64,000 nt of DNA from NCBI GenBank assembly GCA_002633005.1, contig NMRA01000061.1, positions 773,781 through 837,780 of the forward strand, given 5' to 3'. Positions 37,434-50,214 of this stretch are shown in pieces. A program made the position numbers and the translations under genes. Under the pieces are notes generated by a model. It was not told the DNA's origin. It saw nothing but the letters and a program-made list of their open reading frames with translations, and did not search any database. Position 1 is the stretch's first letter. The number at the start of each line of letters is the position of its first letter. This stretch comes from Phoronis australis (taxonomy: Eukaryota; Animalia; Phoronida).

Positions 37434-39356
37434 TTATTGGATCATTACACTGGCAACGAGTGGCGAAATGAACCCAATACAAGTTGTAGCACCATTTAAA
37501 CCTGGACATGACCGGCACACAGTAGGTCCTAGGCGGACAAAATGGATCGCGAGGTTTGAAATTTACGTCTTGGCACTGGACCTAAAAAAAGAAAAATGGC
37601 ATTGATGTTACATTGCGCCGGCAAGAGCGTGATGGACATTTTGGCACTCTCAAAACGGATGAGAAAACATTTACGAGCGCAAAGAAAAAATTAAGTGAGT
37701 ACTTCCAAAAAGAGAAATGTTCAGTTCCAAATGTTCAACTTCCGAGAGGCAAAGCAAGAAACCTGGGGAGAACAGCGACTGAGACGAAGGGCATTACGTG
37801 ACACAATGACTCTTGATCAATTGCTGGACCTTGGTCGTGCTCTGGAATGTTCTGAAATGCAAGCTAGTGGTATTGAAAAGTCTCACACAGTGAACGCAGT
37901 CAGTAAACCAAAGCCAAAGCTCAAAGACAAGCAGAAAAGTCCAAAACATGAGAAAAGCTCAAAACCTAAAAGCTTAGACTCAAGACCTTGTTTGCTATAA
38001 ACTGTAAACGTGGTGGCAATTATCCGCATGCAAAAGAATGTTCTGCTTGCGAAGCAACCTGCTATAACTGTCAGCGGGTAGGCCACTATGGCAAAATGTG
38101 TAGAAATCGAAAACAAAAAAGCGAAGAGAATGCTGTCACTTGATCGATGAACAACCGCAGCAAGATAATGAAGATGAACATGTGTCTGACACCAACGACG
38201 AATATTGTTTTGACGTCGGTGAAAAGTCGAAGTAGCCCAAAAAAACCGTTAAAATAACTATGTCCGGCAAAGAGAGACCAATTGAGGTTCTGATCGACTC
38301 GCATGCATCAGCAAATTTGATCTCATAATCAACATACAGGCTGTGGAAACCACAGCCAACACTGAGTAAAAGCAAAACAAACTTGTACCCATATGGAAGC
38401 AAAGACCCTGTTGCTGCGCTAGGCAATTTCTCGACAAGCGTTCAGACATCGACCAAAATTGGCCCTGCTACATTTCACGTTGTCAAATGCGATACAGCCA
38501 ATCTGCTCGGATAAGACACGCGCGTAGTCCTAGATATCATTCATGTTGCAAATAACCTGTCAGATTTAAAGTCTGAATACCAGGATGTTTTGGTGGATTC
38601 GGGAAGCTGAAAGACTACAAAGTGAAATTGCACATAGACAAAGATGTAAAACCGCAAGTTCAACCACACAGACGGATTCATTTTCATATGCGAAAGAAAG
38701 TAAAGAAAGAACTTGAATCATTGGTCAAACAGGACATTATTGAAATGGTTTCAGAAGAACCGACACCTTGGGTTTCACAATTAGTTGTGGTCCCAAAATC
38801 TGATTCTGACAAGGTTCGTCTATCCATTGATATGAGACTCGCGAACCAACCTATGTAACGCGAGAGACACGTGACTCCCACAATTGATGATATTGTGCAC
38901 GATTTAATCACATTTGTCATTTTATGGACACATATTCTCTGCAGATGGAATTCTGCCTGAACAAAAAAGGTCGAGGCAAAAAAGCAGCTAGTTATCCGGA
39001 AAATGTCACGGAACTGAAAAGGATGACAACATATCTGTCAAGATTTTTTCCCTGGTTATGCAAAGTTAACACACACACTGAGACTGTGACTAAGCAAGAT
39101 GGTAGTTAGGATTAGACTGATGAACACAAAGATTGCCTGAAAAAACTCACTGACTTACTCATAGGTAACAAGTGCATTGCATACTTTGATCCTGATAGGA
39201 AAACTGAACTGTATGTCGATGCCAGTCCAGTCGATCTCTATGGTATCATGACGCAAAATGGCAAAAGTTATCAGTTACGGATACAGAGCACTCACTGATA
39301 CTGAACAGCGCTACTCAAAGAGAGAGCGTGAAGCTCTTGCCGTTGTTTGGAGTGCA
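37434..39356 (+). mobile_element. Decayed Ty3/Gypsy (Mag-like) retrotransposon: LTR 3' tip, PBS, gag-PR-RT-RNaseH, 3'-truncated
   Basis: ATTACA-C-TGGCAACGAG then ATG at 37468. Gag KWIARFEIY; CYNC..CYNCQRVGHYGKMC knuckles; PR IEVLIDSHASAN; RT QPHRRI..KVKKELESL..PTPWVSQLVVVPK..VRLSIDMRLAN; RNaseH YFDPDRKTELYVDASP..RALTDTEQRYS.REREALAVVW. Many stops and frameshifts. Confidence 0.88.
37451..37460 (+). promoter_or_regulatory. Primer-binding site of the Gypsy element
   Basis: TGGCAACGAG lies one base after an LTR-like ...TTACA end and just before the gag ATG. Confidence 0.55.
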
Positions 39357-39792
39357 TTGTAAAGTTAAAAGGCATACTTTTATCTGATACTTTCGCAATA
39401 TTGTGGTAATGGCATAATGCTCAGTTGAGTGGTCAACTTTATACCTTTAACACATTACCCTTGTTACTTTTTGTGGACTTTAGAGCATTTATTGCCATTT
39501 CCTCATTCTGAAAACAAGTGGAAATGATGATTAATGTGGATGGTTCCCAACAGCATTGATTTGTCCATCCCACCTAGATGTAAAAGCCGCATGTGTCCAG
39601 TACAGTTGGTCTGCGAAATTTCGTCTAAATAAGACAAAATACCTTGTCTGAAAGGTTGAGTCCATGAACTTAAATAATAGTACCTTAGAAATTTATTTCA
39701 GTTAAGCTAAAATATTAGTTCTGAAAATCACTGTATTTAACATTGAGAGTATTTTGTGTAATGCTGTTCATCCCTATCATTATGTCTTTCAG

Positions 39793-40667
39793 GTCTTACA
39801 CTGTCTGCGCTCATGCTTGTTTTTAACTTGTTGAGACCAATCGCATCCAGGATGACTTATTGGGAAGGTGCTAAACGACAACAGCCTCCAAAAGCCACTG
39901 CAGATGCAAGAAAGCGTGGTCCACTGCGTACACTAACATTGTTTGAAGAGTTTGTCCTTACTTTAGTTCGCATTCGTAGGGCAATGGATGTGGAAACACT
40001 CCAGGACTTGTTCGGCATTTCAGCAACTCGTGTCAGCCGGATTTTTTCAACATGGATTAATTTAATGTTTCACGAACTAAGTTTTCTTGTTCGATGGCCA
40101 GACAAGGAGCAAACGTTAAAGACTTTGCCAGATTGCTTTAAGCCTTTCCGGAAAACTAGAGCAATAATAGATTGTACCGAATTCTTCATCCACCGCCCCA
40201 GTGTTCCGTCATCGCAACGTATTACCTGGTCGTCATACAAAAGCCATAATACACTGAAAGCCCTCGTTGCCATAGCTCCAACTGGAGCATTTACTTTTGT
40301 CTCAAACTTATGGACTGGATCTGCGTCAGACAAGAAACTTGTAGAGCAATCAGGTTTTCTGCAGTTAGTTGAGTATGGTGATGACATCATGGCAGATCGC
40401 GGCTTCTTGATCAGAGACCTGTTGGCTCTGCGTGGCGCTACTTTGAATATCCCCCCATTTGCGAGTGGGTGTCAGCTATCAAACAGAGCTGCCACAAAGA
40501 CCCGACGCATTGCCAGGGCTAGGATACATGTAGAGAGAGCCATCGGTCGTTTGAAACAGTTCAAGTTACTGTCAGTTGTACTTCCTTTAAACATCAAGAA
40601 TCTACTTGACCAGATTGTTTTTGTTTCAGCAGCACTTTGTAATTTGGACAAGCCATTAGCAAAGTGA
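39793..40667 (+). CDS. ISL2EU transposase, last exon (HTH_Tnp_4 + DDE_Tnp_4)
   Basis: Acceptor ctttcAG at 39791-39792; open frame. LTLFEEFVLTLVRIR..LQDLFGISATRVSRIFSTW; IIDCTE; SYKSHNTLKALVAIAPTG; GSASDK; MADRGF; RIHVERAIGRLK (DDE intact). Upstream exons are absent. Confidence 0.92.
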
Positions 40668-42707
40668 GGTTTAGTTGGAGTATTCTATCTCCCGAGTCTT
40701 GAAAATGATCACACACTTCATTTTGAAAATAAATGTTTCTTAGCATTTTTAACTAAGTTTATTATACTTTGGTGAGTTCAAAATTACACTTTAGTGAATT
40801 CTTTTGTTAAACCAAGTGTTTTTATGGTTTAATGGTGTCTGTCACTTCCATTTTTGAGTTACTGCTGGTGTGCGAAAACTGGCGACTTGATGTCATTGCA
40901 CATTTGTTCTGGACTGATTAAATGTCAAACTTTGTAAATTTGTATATTTTGTAAACTTTGTAATTTTGTGTTATGTAGTCAGAATTTACTTCAGTTAGTT
41001 ATTTTTTTGCATTACAGTATGTTGTAAATAGATTTCGGTGTTTATTTTTTTATTTTTGGGGGAATGATCTTGACCTTAATTGGTCATAATATAATTTTAC
41101 AGATATATGTTTTTATTTCAAGTTTTGAACACAAAGGACAGTGCAAAAAATAACTTTTTTAAATCTCACCCAGGTTCCTGGACTAGTCAGTTTTAGACGA
41201 TTACTAATACTGAAGCAATTTATAAACCATCTTATCCCAAAAACTGTCTCGGGTAGAACCTTGAAACTTTGAGAGCTCGTTAGCATGGTTTTGAGTCACT
41301 GATCAGTACATTCTGGAGTACTTGCAAAGCATAATTTGTTTTATAGCTCAAATTTGCCTTGGGGCAAATCGTGATTTATACACGTAAATAAAAGCGAGAC
41401 TCATGCAATTTAATGTTGTCCATATATGCAGAATGATAATTTCCTTTTAATTATGTGCTGCCTTTTAAGGCAACATACATCGTTGACCATAGCACGGTTT
41501 TCATTTTATAGCCTTTGCTTTAAGTTTTCAATATCTCGTGTTCACTTAAAATGAAGAATAGCACGCAAGAAAGTTCATTTTAATAATGTTAAAAATGGTA
41601 TCAACAGCAGAAACTGAACAAGACAATAAGCTAGTTCCAAACCAGGCAATTTCAGAGCACAGTTAATTCTCACCAAATTAGGACATACTGTGGCAAACAA
41701 GTACAGGTTATCGACTAGAAAAACAAATGTTGGGAATTCATGTAGGAAACTGGTGAAATGTAACCACTTTGCAAACTGAAATGCAGTTACATGCAAAACG
41801 AAAACAAACGAGGTCATTGGGTAATCACAGGCTGTGACGATAGATTTAGTTGTGAAGAAAAACGAGGGATCTGTTCTAGTCATTTATTTGTAGGTAGAGA
41901 CAGCTAAATTATACAACAAACATGATATGCTTTATCTATAATTTAGCAGGACACTCTGTAACCTATGTACAATGGTAAAGTTGTGCTGATGTGATCCCAT
42001 GAAACAACAGTGAAGGTACAAAATGAGTCTTGACAGGTCATTACAACAAATATTCAAACTTATTCCACATGTGTAAAGTACGCCATGAAATTTGGAAAGT
42101 GGAGTGAATAATTTCTCACTGTAAAGCAACCGTGAGAAGACTTCACATATCATTAAATAATGTGACAAGAAATTGCCCCAACACCATCAAGCTCGTATAT
42201 ATGGGATGAATGGGTTGTAACGCAGAAATACAAAAACTACCTTGATATCTCAACCAGAATGCATTTCACCTGGGAATGTTCCAACTTGTCCTACGATTTC
42301 AGGACAATGCACGATGAAATAAGATCTGGACAGGATATGATAGAAGTATTCGTATGTGTTCAAGTCAACGTGATTAAGCAACAAAATATCCAAGTAATCC
42401 GCCTGTGCTACGTTAAAGGCCTTCAATACATTCCATCTACTAATTTAAGTACATTTTCCATATTCTCCTTCATTTTATAAGTAACAGAACTTAACTCCAT
42501 ACATCCAAATATAAAAACCTGAGAAACTCATGGGAGAATCCATAATGTATAAACAATGACAAGATGTAACAAAAAACCTCTTCACATGACCATTCTGTTG
42601 ACCTTCCTTGCACACAGACAAATGACAACCAAAGTTATGAACTGTTGCTGAAAAACATTCAATATCAGAAATGGAATGGATTGATGTTCTCAATCACTCC
42701 TACAGAA

Positions 42708-45580
42708 CTAAAATTGCAATTTCTTCAGAACATGACATGTGAAAAAGTCTACTAATTTTTGTAACATGTTTTCATAATATTGCTTGTCAAAGGCAACAGG
42801 CACTACAGCAATACCCTTGGTTGTGTATAAAACCAAGTCACATCTTGAAATTTCAGTTATTCCCATCTGACCTTGGATTTGGTCATAGTAAGAACACTCT
42901 TTGTCGCAAACTATTTCTTCATTTACAATTTTGCACCCTTTCTTCAAAAGAGCTGCAGTCGGATGAAGTTTCCTGAGTGTGAACGGACTTTAATTTCAAT
43001 GAGCTTATCTGAGTGGCACTTACAAGAAACTAACCCTACAACAGAGCACCCAATAAAGTGGTGCTTCTTGTGCAGCTTTAGGCCACACTCACGCACTCTC
43101 AAACTCTTATGATGTATTTTATTTTTCCGTCTGTATAGGTCTCCTGCGAAACTTTCCCGTTTTTGTCCCCAGTCCAGACACATCTTCATGAACTTAGTTT
43201 TTTCCGACTCAATCCCCGTAACTTGGTTCACAACAGAATCAATGTTCTGATTTGATAGCACCGACCCAAATATTGATGCTGTCAGACGGCCTCTTCGAAT
43301 ACGAAACCACTGTTCATTTGCACTTTGGCCCTGAGTACCACCGTCAATAACGGCATGGTCTTTCTGACTCAACGAAAAGGTTAGAAATTGATCAGCAGTC
43401 ATCTTCGACATCTCGCTGACAACAAGATGGCTTAAATCAGGAACTTCAGGAGCTGGGAGGTCAACTGGACCAGTTTGCAGGAAAGCCACATCTGGTCCTA
43501 TGTCCTGAAACAATAGACAAGTAACAACTGACTACAATGAAAGGTTTAATATTCGTACTCATCTTACGGGGCATAGTTTTAAAATAACTTTTATTAAGAT
43601 GAGTGATATTTTTTCGTCAAAAATTAGAAGCAGTGGCTGGCAAAGTACTCCAAGTTTTGAAAGTGGCCTGGAATGCAATAACAGGCTAAATTGCATTATT
43701 TAAAGTAATTCTTTGCCACTGAAAAAATCAACCTTTTCACCAGTTATTTTATGGAATTTCTGTTGTTGTCAAAGCATTTTTTGACTAGTTTCACAAAAAA
43801 AGATATGTCAACTACTCGTCTCCTCACAGGGGAATTGAATAACTCTGCAGTAGATGATTTGAGATGAAACCTTCACCACGATTTGTTTAAAAAGTATTTT
43901 TGATGATTTTTCAACTCCCGTGTCTCTTTAAGTGCACTATCTGTACCCTACGAATATGGAACATTTAAAAGTATGTGTAATTTCAAAGTATTATAAAACT
44001 TGTTGAAAAATGAGAAAAAAACCAGCCAACTATAGACATGAAGGCCAAATAATGTTGTACTTTCACTTTCACTACCGCGTGCACGGATATTGATTCCAAG
44101 GCTTGGAAACCTGCACATAAGCTTCCTGTTTTCATTTGCATCCCATGAGTTCATTCCTTGTTTGCCCAATATAAGTGAATGATGTATTAACTTACAGCAA
44201 TGATCCGATTAGCAGTTTGAAGAACATTTTCCTCAGTCTTGACCATTCTACTGTCCAGTGGTTATGGATCCCAGTCCTCATGATGGGGTGTAAGGCGGGC
44301 TTGGGGCTGATCAACTCTGCGGTACCTAGACAAAAAGACCATTCCGCAAATCAACATATTGTTCATGTATTCATTTACACATCAAAATACATCGAACTGT
44401 AATTTTAAGAAAAATAGCAACTTACTTTATGCCACAAGCGGTGATCTTTAGGTCGCATTTAAACATTGATGGTGTGGAAGAATGAGACAGTATAAAGTCA
44501 GTATATAATAATTAGGATTTGATTTCATACCTTGCTTTAAGCACATTTAAGCGCCGAACAGTAGTGGGTGCATCATGTGCCCTGGCTCACCTTTTCCATT
44601 GCACAGGACCGTCTGTACATGAGGTTGGTTCGAAATCTTCTATCTCGTACATCATCGCACTGATGTGACGACAAGCAACGTCAGAGCTAACAAGGACGAA
44701 AACAAAACACATAACCAAAAAGTTAATGCTGAGTGTTGCTGTAAAGGCAAGTAAGTGGCTCACAACCCTTTCAACAACCAATTTTCTAATGAAACATCTT
44801 AGTTTTTGCAGTACTACAATGTTAATCTGATAGTGTAGAGAAGAAATCCCGGTGGTATTCCACGCACTAATTAACAGATTAATCAAACTCTGGAGTCCAT
44901 TACACAAGTTTATGATCCTTCCTATCAAGCCTACAATGAAACATTAGTCAAGACACCCCAAACACACATTGATTGATACTACGTATGGATAAATCAGTAG
45001 TTACACAAGAAATCTGTTAAACTCACCCTCCTGGACACTCACACCACGCTGCTAAAACAGACACAGGGTCTTTGTTCATAAACAGCCAAGCCCTGTAGAA
45101 TTCCTTTTTCATGTAGGTTTTTGCTCTCTGTGTTGGTTTCACACGAGAAACAAACAAGCCAACAGGAGAGATGTCGCTCACAGTGCTGTACTTGAGCTCC
45201 ATGACATGGCCATCGGCAAAGAGCCTATAATCTTTAGCACTTTTGTAAGCCCGTAACTTTTTTTCATCAAACTTCGCCTTACTACAGAGCAAATAATTGA
45301 AAACATCATACAATCCTAATTTTGGAATGTCCGTAAAATCATTGTTCAAGAGGGGGTCCATAAATGGGTCGTCATTCACATAACCGATCGAACTTAAAGT
45401 TTGCTTCGTTGTTCTTGAGTCGTTGTCCATAGCCATGCCAGGGTCGATCACCAAATCCAATCTATCCACTGCTTCGCACAATTTAACTAAATCAAGACTT
45501 CTCCGTCCATTCACAGTAATGCCACGTTCCATGAGCCATTTTCGCAACTGAGGCACAGTCAATCCACCAAACTGACTCAT
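42708..45580 (-). pseudogene. ISL2EU ORF2: SAP-like + SWIM zinc finger + YqaJ/lambda-exonuclease, 4 exons, disabled
   Basis: Exons 45580-45027, 44686-44531, 44325-44196 and 43504-42708, all GT-AG with matching phases (2, 2, 0). LTVPQLRKWLMERGI; CECPGGSDVACRH; TQGQSANEQWFRIRRGRLTASIFG; YYDQIQGQMGI. Lesions: TGA at 44589-44587, TAA in exon 3 (DWDP*P), GCSVVG in place of GxSxDG, and a 1-nt deletion at ~42989 (EIK[C]PF). Confidence 0.88.
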
Positions 45581-45722
45581 TTTCCGACAAATAACACAAA
45601 AATAACTCTCAAATACTCGATACACAACACTCGATACAAGACCACGCTAGCCGATTTTTGCCCCACATCCGGTGACGTCATTCATACTTCGGTACATGCG
45701 CATTAAAACTCGCAACTGAACC

Positions 45723-47326
45723 ATTGTTGTTAGGGTCTCCGTTTTTGCAGCATAGGTCGTCTAAGCGCCCTTGAAAATGTGCACTTAATCATTCATACAT
45801 GTATATCGAAAATTCGCGAAAATTTGCAAGCAACAGTTTTGCGGAGCATATTAAGTCCAAGTTTTTCAGTGGTCCATAGGCGGTGCACTACGGGGTGGGG
45901 GTGAGAGGGCTTTAGCTCCCACTTTTTTCAGTATTGCGCCCTCTATACACTTCCGGCATGACACTGCCAACTTCATCAAAAACACAAAACATTCGTGCAC
46001 AGCACAGAAGCTGTCTTGTAAGAAATGGCGATGCGTCACTGATCTTAGTTGAAGCCTGAAGGGTGACTTGCAAAAATTTGATCCATCATCAGACCACCAT
46101 ATCGCAAAGAAGGACACTAAACGATAACAGGGATATTCACGAATGTCGGGCAGCTCTAAATGCTTTATTGAATTAAAAACTAGACTAATGAAATTCAAAA
46201 ATTTACAATCCCTACATCGAAAAAGAAGTTCAAGTCATTGCTCATAAATTTGGAAAGACTGTCTTTGATGCTTGTAGTTCCCAGTAGTATTGTGCAATGA
46301 ATTTAGGTTCTTCTAAACCCAATCGTTTTCCTTGCCATTCCCGTGCATACTGCAAAGGCTGGACACGTCGTGACTCAGTGACGCACCCACGTTAAAAATA
46401 AGGTGTAGTCATACCGCCAGTAGCCTGCCAGCGTAGAATCCGCACACAGTGATTGACTGGAAAAGAACTTGAACTGCACTGAGAGGTTGAAGTTGTGTCA
46501 TTTTGGGACACCGCGTTCTTTTTCCGCAGCCGCCCGGCAGAAGCTGGACCAGTGGCCGTGTTTCAACAAGGAATTTTGACACAGCTCTATAGGCCAAGTA
46601 TTTCGGGATCATATCTTTCAAAAAAAACTTCAGGAAACTTAGGACCGTATTAAAATGAACTTTTCACGAAACTGGGTCAAAAAACGACCTTGGAGCCAGA
46701 ATACGGGTATAAGTTCGAGTTAAGCCGCACGTCTCAAATAAATCATAGCGGAGCTGACCAGCGACTAGCATTAGTTCGTCGAATTGCCCATGAATCATAG
46801 CAGACCTCACCAGCGACTAGCATTACTTCGTCGAATTGCGTATGCATGGATCAGACTTCCCTGCGACGCCACGACTACGGCCACCTTGGCGGGAGCAGCT
46901 AATTTCTTGACTCACACCTGCTGTATTTAAGTAAAATGACGAAGTCCACGCATACACATATGCAAGCGTATCCAAATACAATTAAATGTATTTCCATGTG
47001 AAACCATTGTGTGAGTTATTAATTTTCTTAGATCTGCCCAATCAGGTAGAACTGTGTTTCAAGTCATTCATTATAGGCAACTGAGGGTTCAAGTTGGAAG
47101 CTCGCGTCGTATGACGTCATATAACGTGAGAGATGCGAGCCTCATTTGCATATAGTAGTGACATCTGTTGGTTCAAAAAAGAGGATCATGCCCGAGTACA
47201 TGCCTGGGAAGAGGCATCTTTTGGAAGGGTAAAACAAGTCATGTTCAAAGCAACCTAGTGCCATTAATATGCAGTGTTTGGGGACCAAAGTGGTGTCATT
47301 TTATGGCTAAAGAGTTTAGCTTTCAA
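45723..47326 (+). repeat. Dispersed repeat R2, copy 2, with a ~52-bp tandem duplication at ~46741-46840
   Basis: Homologous to 9601-10709; AATCATAGC.GA.CT.ACCAGCGACTAGCATTA.TTCGTCGAATTGC occurs twice. Confidence 0.8.
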
Positions 47327-47810
47327 ACACAATGCTTGGATTCCAGACGACTTCAACATTTACTTTTGAAATCACTTTGAAATCACGTTAAAATGCGATA
47401 AACAGTTGTCCCTTCCTAGTTATCTCTTCCTGATATCAGGTAACATGATTGCTGACCTGATAGGGATTCTACAGAATGAACCGAAATCTAATCGTGCGTC
47501 TCTTGGTAGCCGCCTCAACAACACTCAGTTGTCAAAACAATATTCATTCAAAATGCTGTGAAATCAGAGCCTGATTACCAGTACCGGTTCAGTGCTGGGC
47601 TGGTACTACACTGACATAGGGGATGAACTGATTGGCAGCCACTGAAATGGAAGCATTTCAATGGGGCTATTCGGAGAATTCTCTTCGCGGTGTCGCTGCT
47701 GTACTAGTGGTGATTGGATTGCGCATGCGTGGATGTCTGCATGTAATCAACTGGTAAAAGATGGAATTTTTATCAAAATAAGTCGTCGCGCTAAGCTTTA
47801 TTACTACTAA

Positions 47811-47985
47811 TTTCCCTAGTGCAAGTCTTCGACAGGTGGCCACAAATTCCCAAAAGACCTAAGGTTACTATATTCGTGAACAATTGCGGTCAACAGGGTC
47901 AACTAACTGACAAAAAGTGTGTGAGTGCTGAAGCCCCGTGTGTGCTCTATGACTATGCAGTTCCATTCGGAGACTACAGACTACA
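47811..47985 (+). pseudogene. Decayed THAP zinc-finger (transposon-derived)
   Basis: P*CKSSTGGHKFPKDLRLLYS*TIAVNRVN*LTKSV*VLKPRVCS..QF....DY contains the THAP FPKD and RVCS motifs, with TGA at both expected Trp positions. Confidence 0.5.
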
Positions 47986-49196
47986 CAGCATTACTTGGTA
48001 AATTTTTAGCAATCAGTTTCTATCAACATCGTTCGGTGATGTTATCCCCACCAGTTACCCCACTGAAGAACAGTTTTATTGAGTGGAACCTCGTGTTTCT
48101 TTTTGGAAACTCATCCGATGCCAGGTACGCTAGCAGCACATGTTCATATTGACCTGGGTGGGAGTGCTCCTAAAATAAGAGGTCTATGGTACGTGATGCA
48201 CAGAAGTCAAGAATGACTTTTTCACAGCAGTTTCTCTTCAAAACTATGCTATTTCCAATAAAATTCTCTAGATGAGTGAGTTTCCTTATTTTATCGTGGA
48301 CCTCACCCCCAGGACCACCAGCTCAGTTATCGAATTAACATGAATAAGCCTTAATTCAGTAAATGCCGTAACATTGCATTGGAAAAAAATTGACACCCAG
48401 AATGAATTTTACTTGTTGAGATCAGAAGCACATATTAAGTGTCATGAAAAATACACATTGTTAAATCTTTTTAAGCCTGTTTCACATATTTTAATTCAGA
48501 TATTAAGTAAGACTTGGGTACAAAGGTTATTAGTTTCTAAACATAAACATGAAGATGAAATGTCAAGTATGTTCTGCCTTACAAAAGTAGTTTTGTCTTG
48601 TCTTTTCTTTTACAATTTGCTAATATTTCTATTCTGTTACAGGCAAGAAAAAACAACTGAAACCAACTGCATGACCATCTATTTCACCGTCGGACAAAAT
48701 GAAAAGCAATCCTTCAGCAAAAACCTGAGAGAATTGAACGTAATTCAGAAATTGAGCAACTGATATGCCTGATTATGGACTCCCTCGCAATGTAGTTTCT
48801 TTCTGTGCTTTTTCAGATCGCCATTTGTTTTTAAATACACTGATAATTGTTTATTCTCGAATCTTGTGCATAGCAGATTCTTATCCAGCTAGCTACAATT
48901 GAGAACATACAATAAGACAATCGATGCAGTCACTGAATGTCATTTCCCCATAATCTGTACCAAATTGAAAAGTTTTTACCGATAGTTTAAAGCCTTTCTT
49001 CTGAAAGGAAAATTTAATGTCACTCAGCTTTTGGCTTTCATTTCACTGGGTTCTAGTTTCAACGGCCTATAGAAGCGCTTGTAAAAAAGGTCCAGTTTCA
49101 ACACGTGGCTTTCTTTCATGTAACCTCATTCAGCCTCAATAACATCCACAGTTAGACCCTTGAAGGTAAACACAGCAGCATATCACTTGAATCGTN

Positions 49197-50214
49197 AATT
49201 TCGCAAAGATCCTGCGAACGGTTTAGGAGATACAGCCATAGGTGCAAAAAAAACTGCCACTAGGAGGCGCCACAGTAGTGCAAATCGTCTGAAAATCAAC
49301 GCCAACCGTCCTCTACATAGTAAACATATACATGCCAATTTTCACAATCATCCTTCGAGCGGTTTGGTTGATAGCGGGGTGGACGCACAAAAACAGACTC
49401 GAAAACACTAAAAATGGCCACTAGGTGGCGCAAACTATGTCGAATCCATCTGAAAACGGGAGGATAGCGTCATCTAACTAATAGGTGCCTACATACCAAA
49501 TTTCATGAAAATCCGTTCAGGACTTTTGAAGACACAAAGGTAAACGTAAAAAAATTAAAATTGCCACTAGGGGGCACACCGGTAGTCGGATCCGTCCAAA
49601 AGTCGTCATCTTCCGTTGTTAATATCATATAAATATACTTACACAATCTCGTAACGATCCTGCGAACGGTTTAGGAGATACAGCCATAGGCGCAAAAAAT
49701 GCCACTAGGAGGCGCCACAGTGGCCAAATCGTCGGAAAATCATCGTCAACCGTCCTCTACATAGTAAGCATATACATGTCAATTTTCACAATCATCCTTT
49801 GAGCGGTTTGGTTGATAGAGGGGTGGACGCACAAAAACAGACTCGAAAACACTAAAAATGGCCACCAGGTGGCGCAAACTATGTCGAATCCATCTGGAAA
49901 CGGCAGGATAGAGTCATCTCACTAATAGGTGCCTACATACTAAATTTCATGAAAATCCGTTCAGGACTTTTGAAGATACAAAGGTAAGCGTAAAAAACTA
50001 AAATTGCCACTAGGGGGCACACCGATGGTCGGATCCGTCCGAAAGTTCGCACATGCCGTCCCATTCATGAATGGAACATATGTGCCAAATTTCATGAACG
50101 TATGTCAAAGGGTTTTGGAGATAAAGCAGCAGACGCCGGATGCCGCCCGGACAGACGGACGGACGGAGGTGACGGCATAATGCGTCCACATATAAATATG
50201 TGGGCGCATAAAAA
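49197..50214 (+). mobile_element. HINE-like element, 3' part: tandem ~450-bp units, (GACG)n microsatellite, terminal hairpin
   Basis: ~49200-49645 is repeated at ~49650-50045. GGACAGACGGACGGACGG at 50149-50167; hairpin ATGCGTCCACATAT-AA-ATATGTGGGCGCAT at 50180-50209, then AAAAA. Begins at the N at 49196. Confidence 0.7.

Larger units (their letters stand above)
39357..45722 (+). mobile_element. ISL2EU-type (PIF/Harbinger-related) DNA transposon, left end missing
   Basis: Convergent DDE_Tnp_4 transposase and YqaJ gene, the established ISL2EU arrangement. Right terminus ...CTCGCAACTGAACC is followed by AT (45723-45724) exactly where homology to repeat R2 begins; the uninterrupted R2 copy reads GGACA|ATTGTTG at 9601. 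No left TIR or upstream transposase exon found; left boundary is approximate. Confidence 0.82.

Noticed and set aside
40070-40390. 106-aa antisense ORF (and similarly 57543-57941)
   Set aside because: Shadow frames opposite genuine transposon coding sequence, with no recognisable motifs.
42708-43513. Prophage or viral recombinase locus, or horizontal transfer from bacteria
   Set aside because: The YqaJ domain is part of a spliceosomal-intron-containing gene paired with a DDE_Tnp_4 transposase, the known ISL2EU layout.
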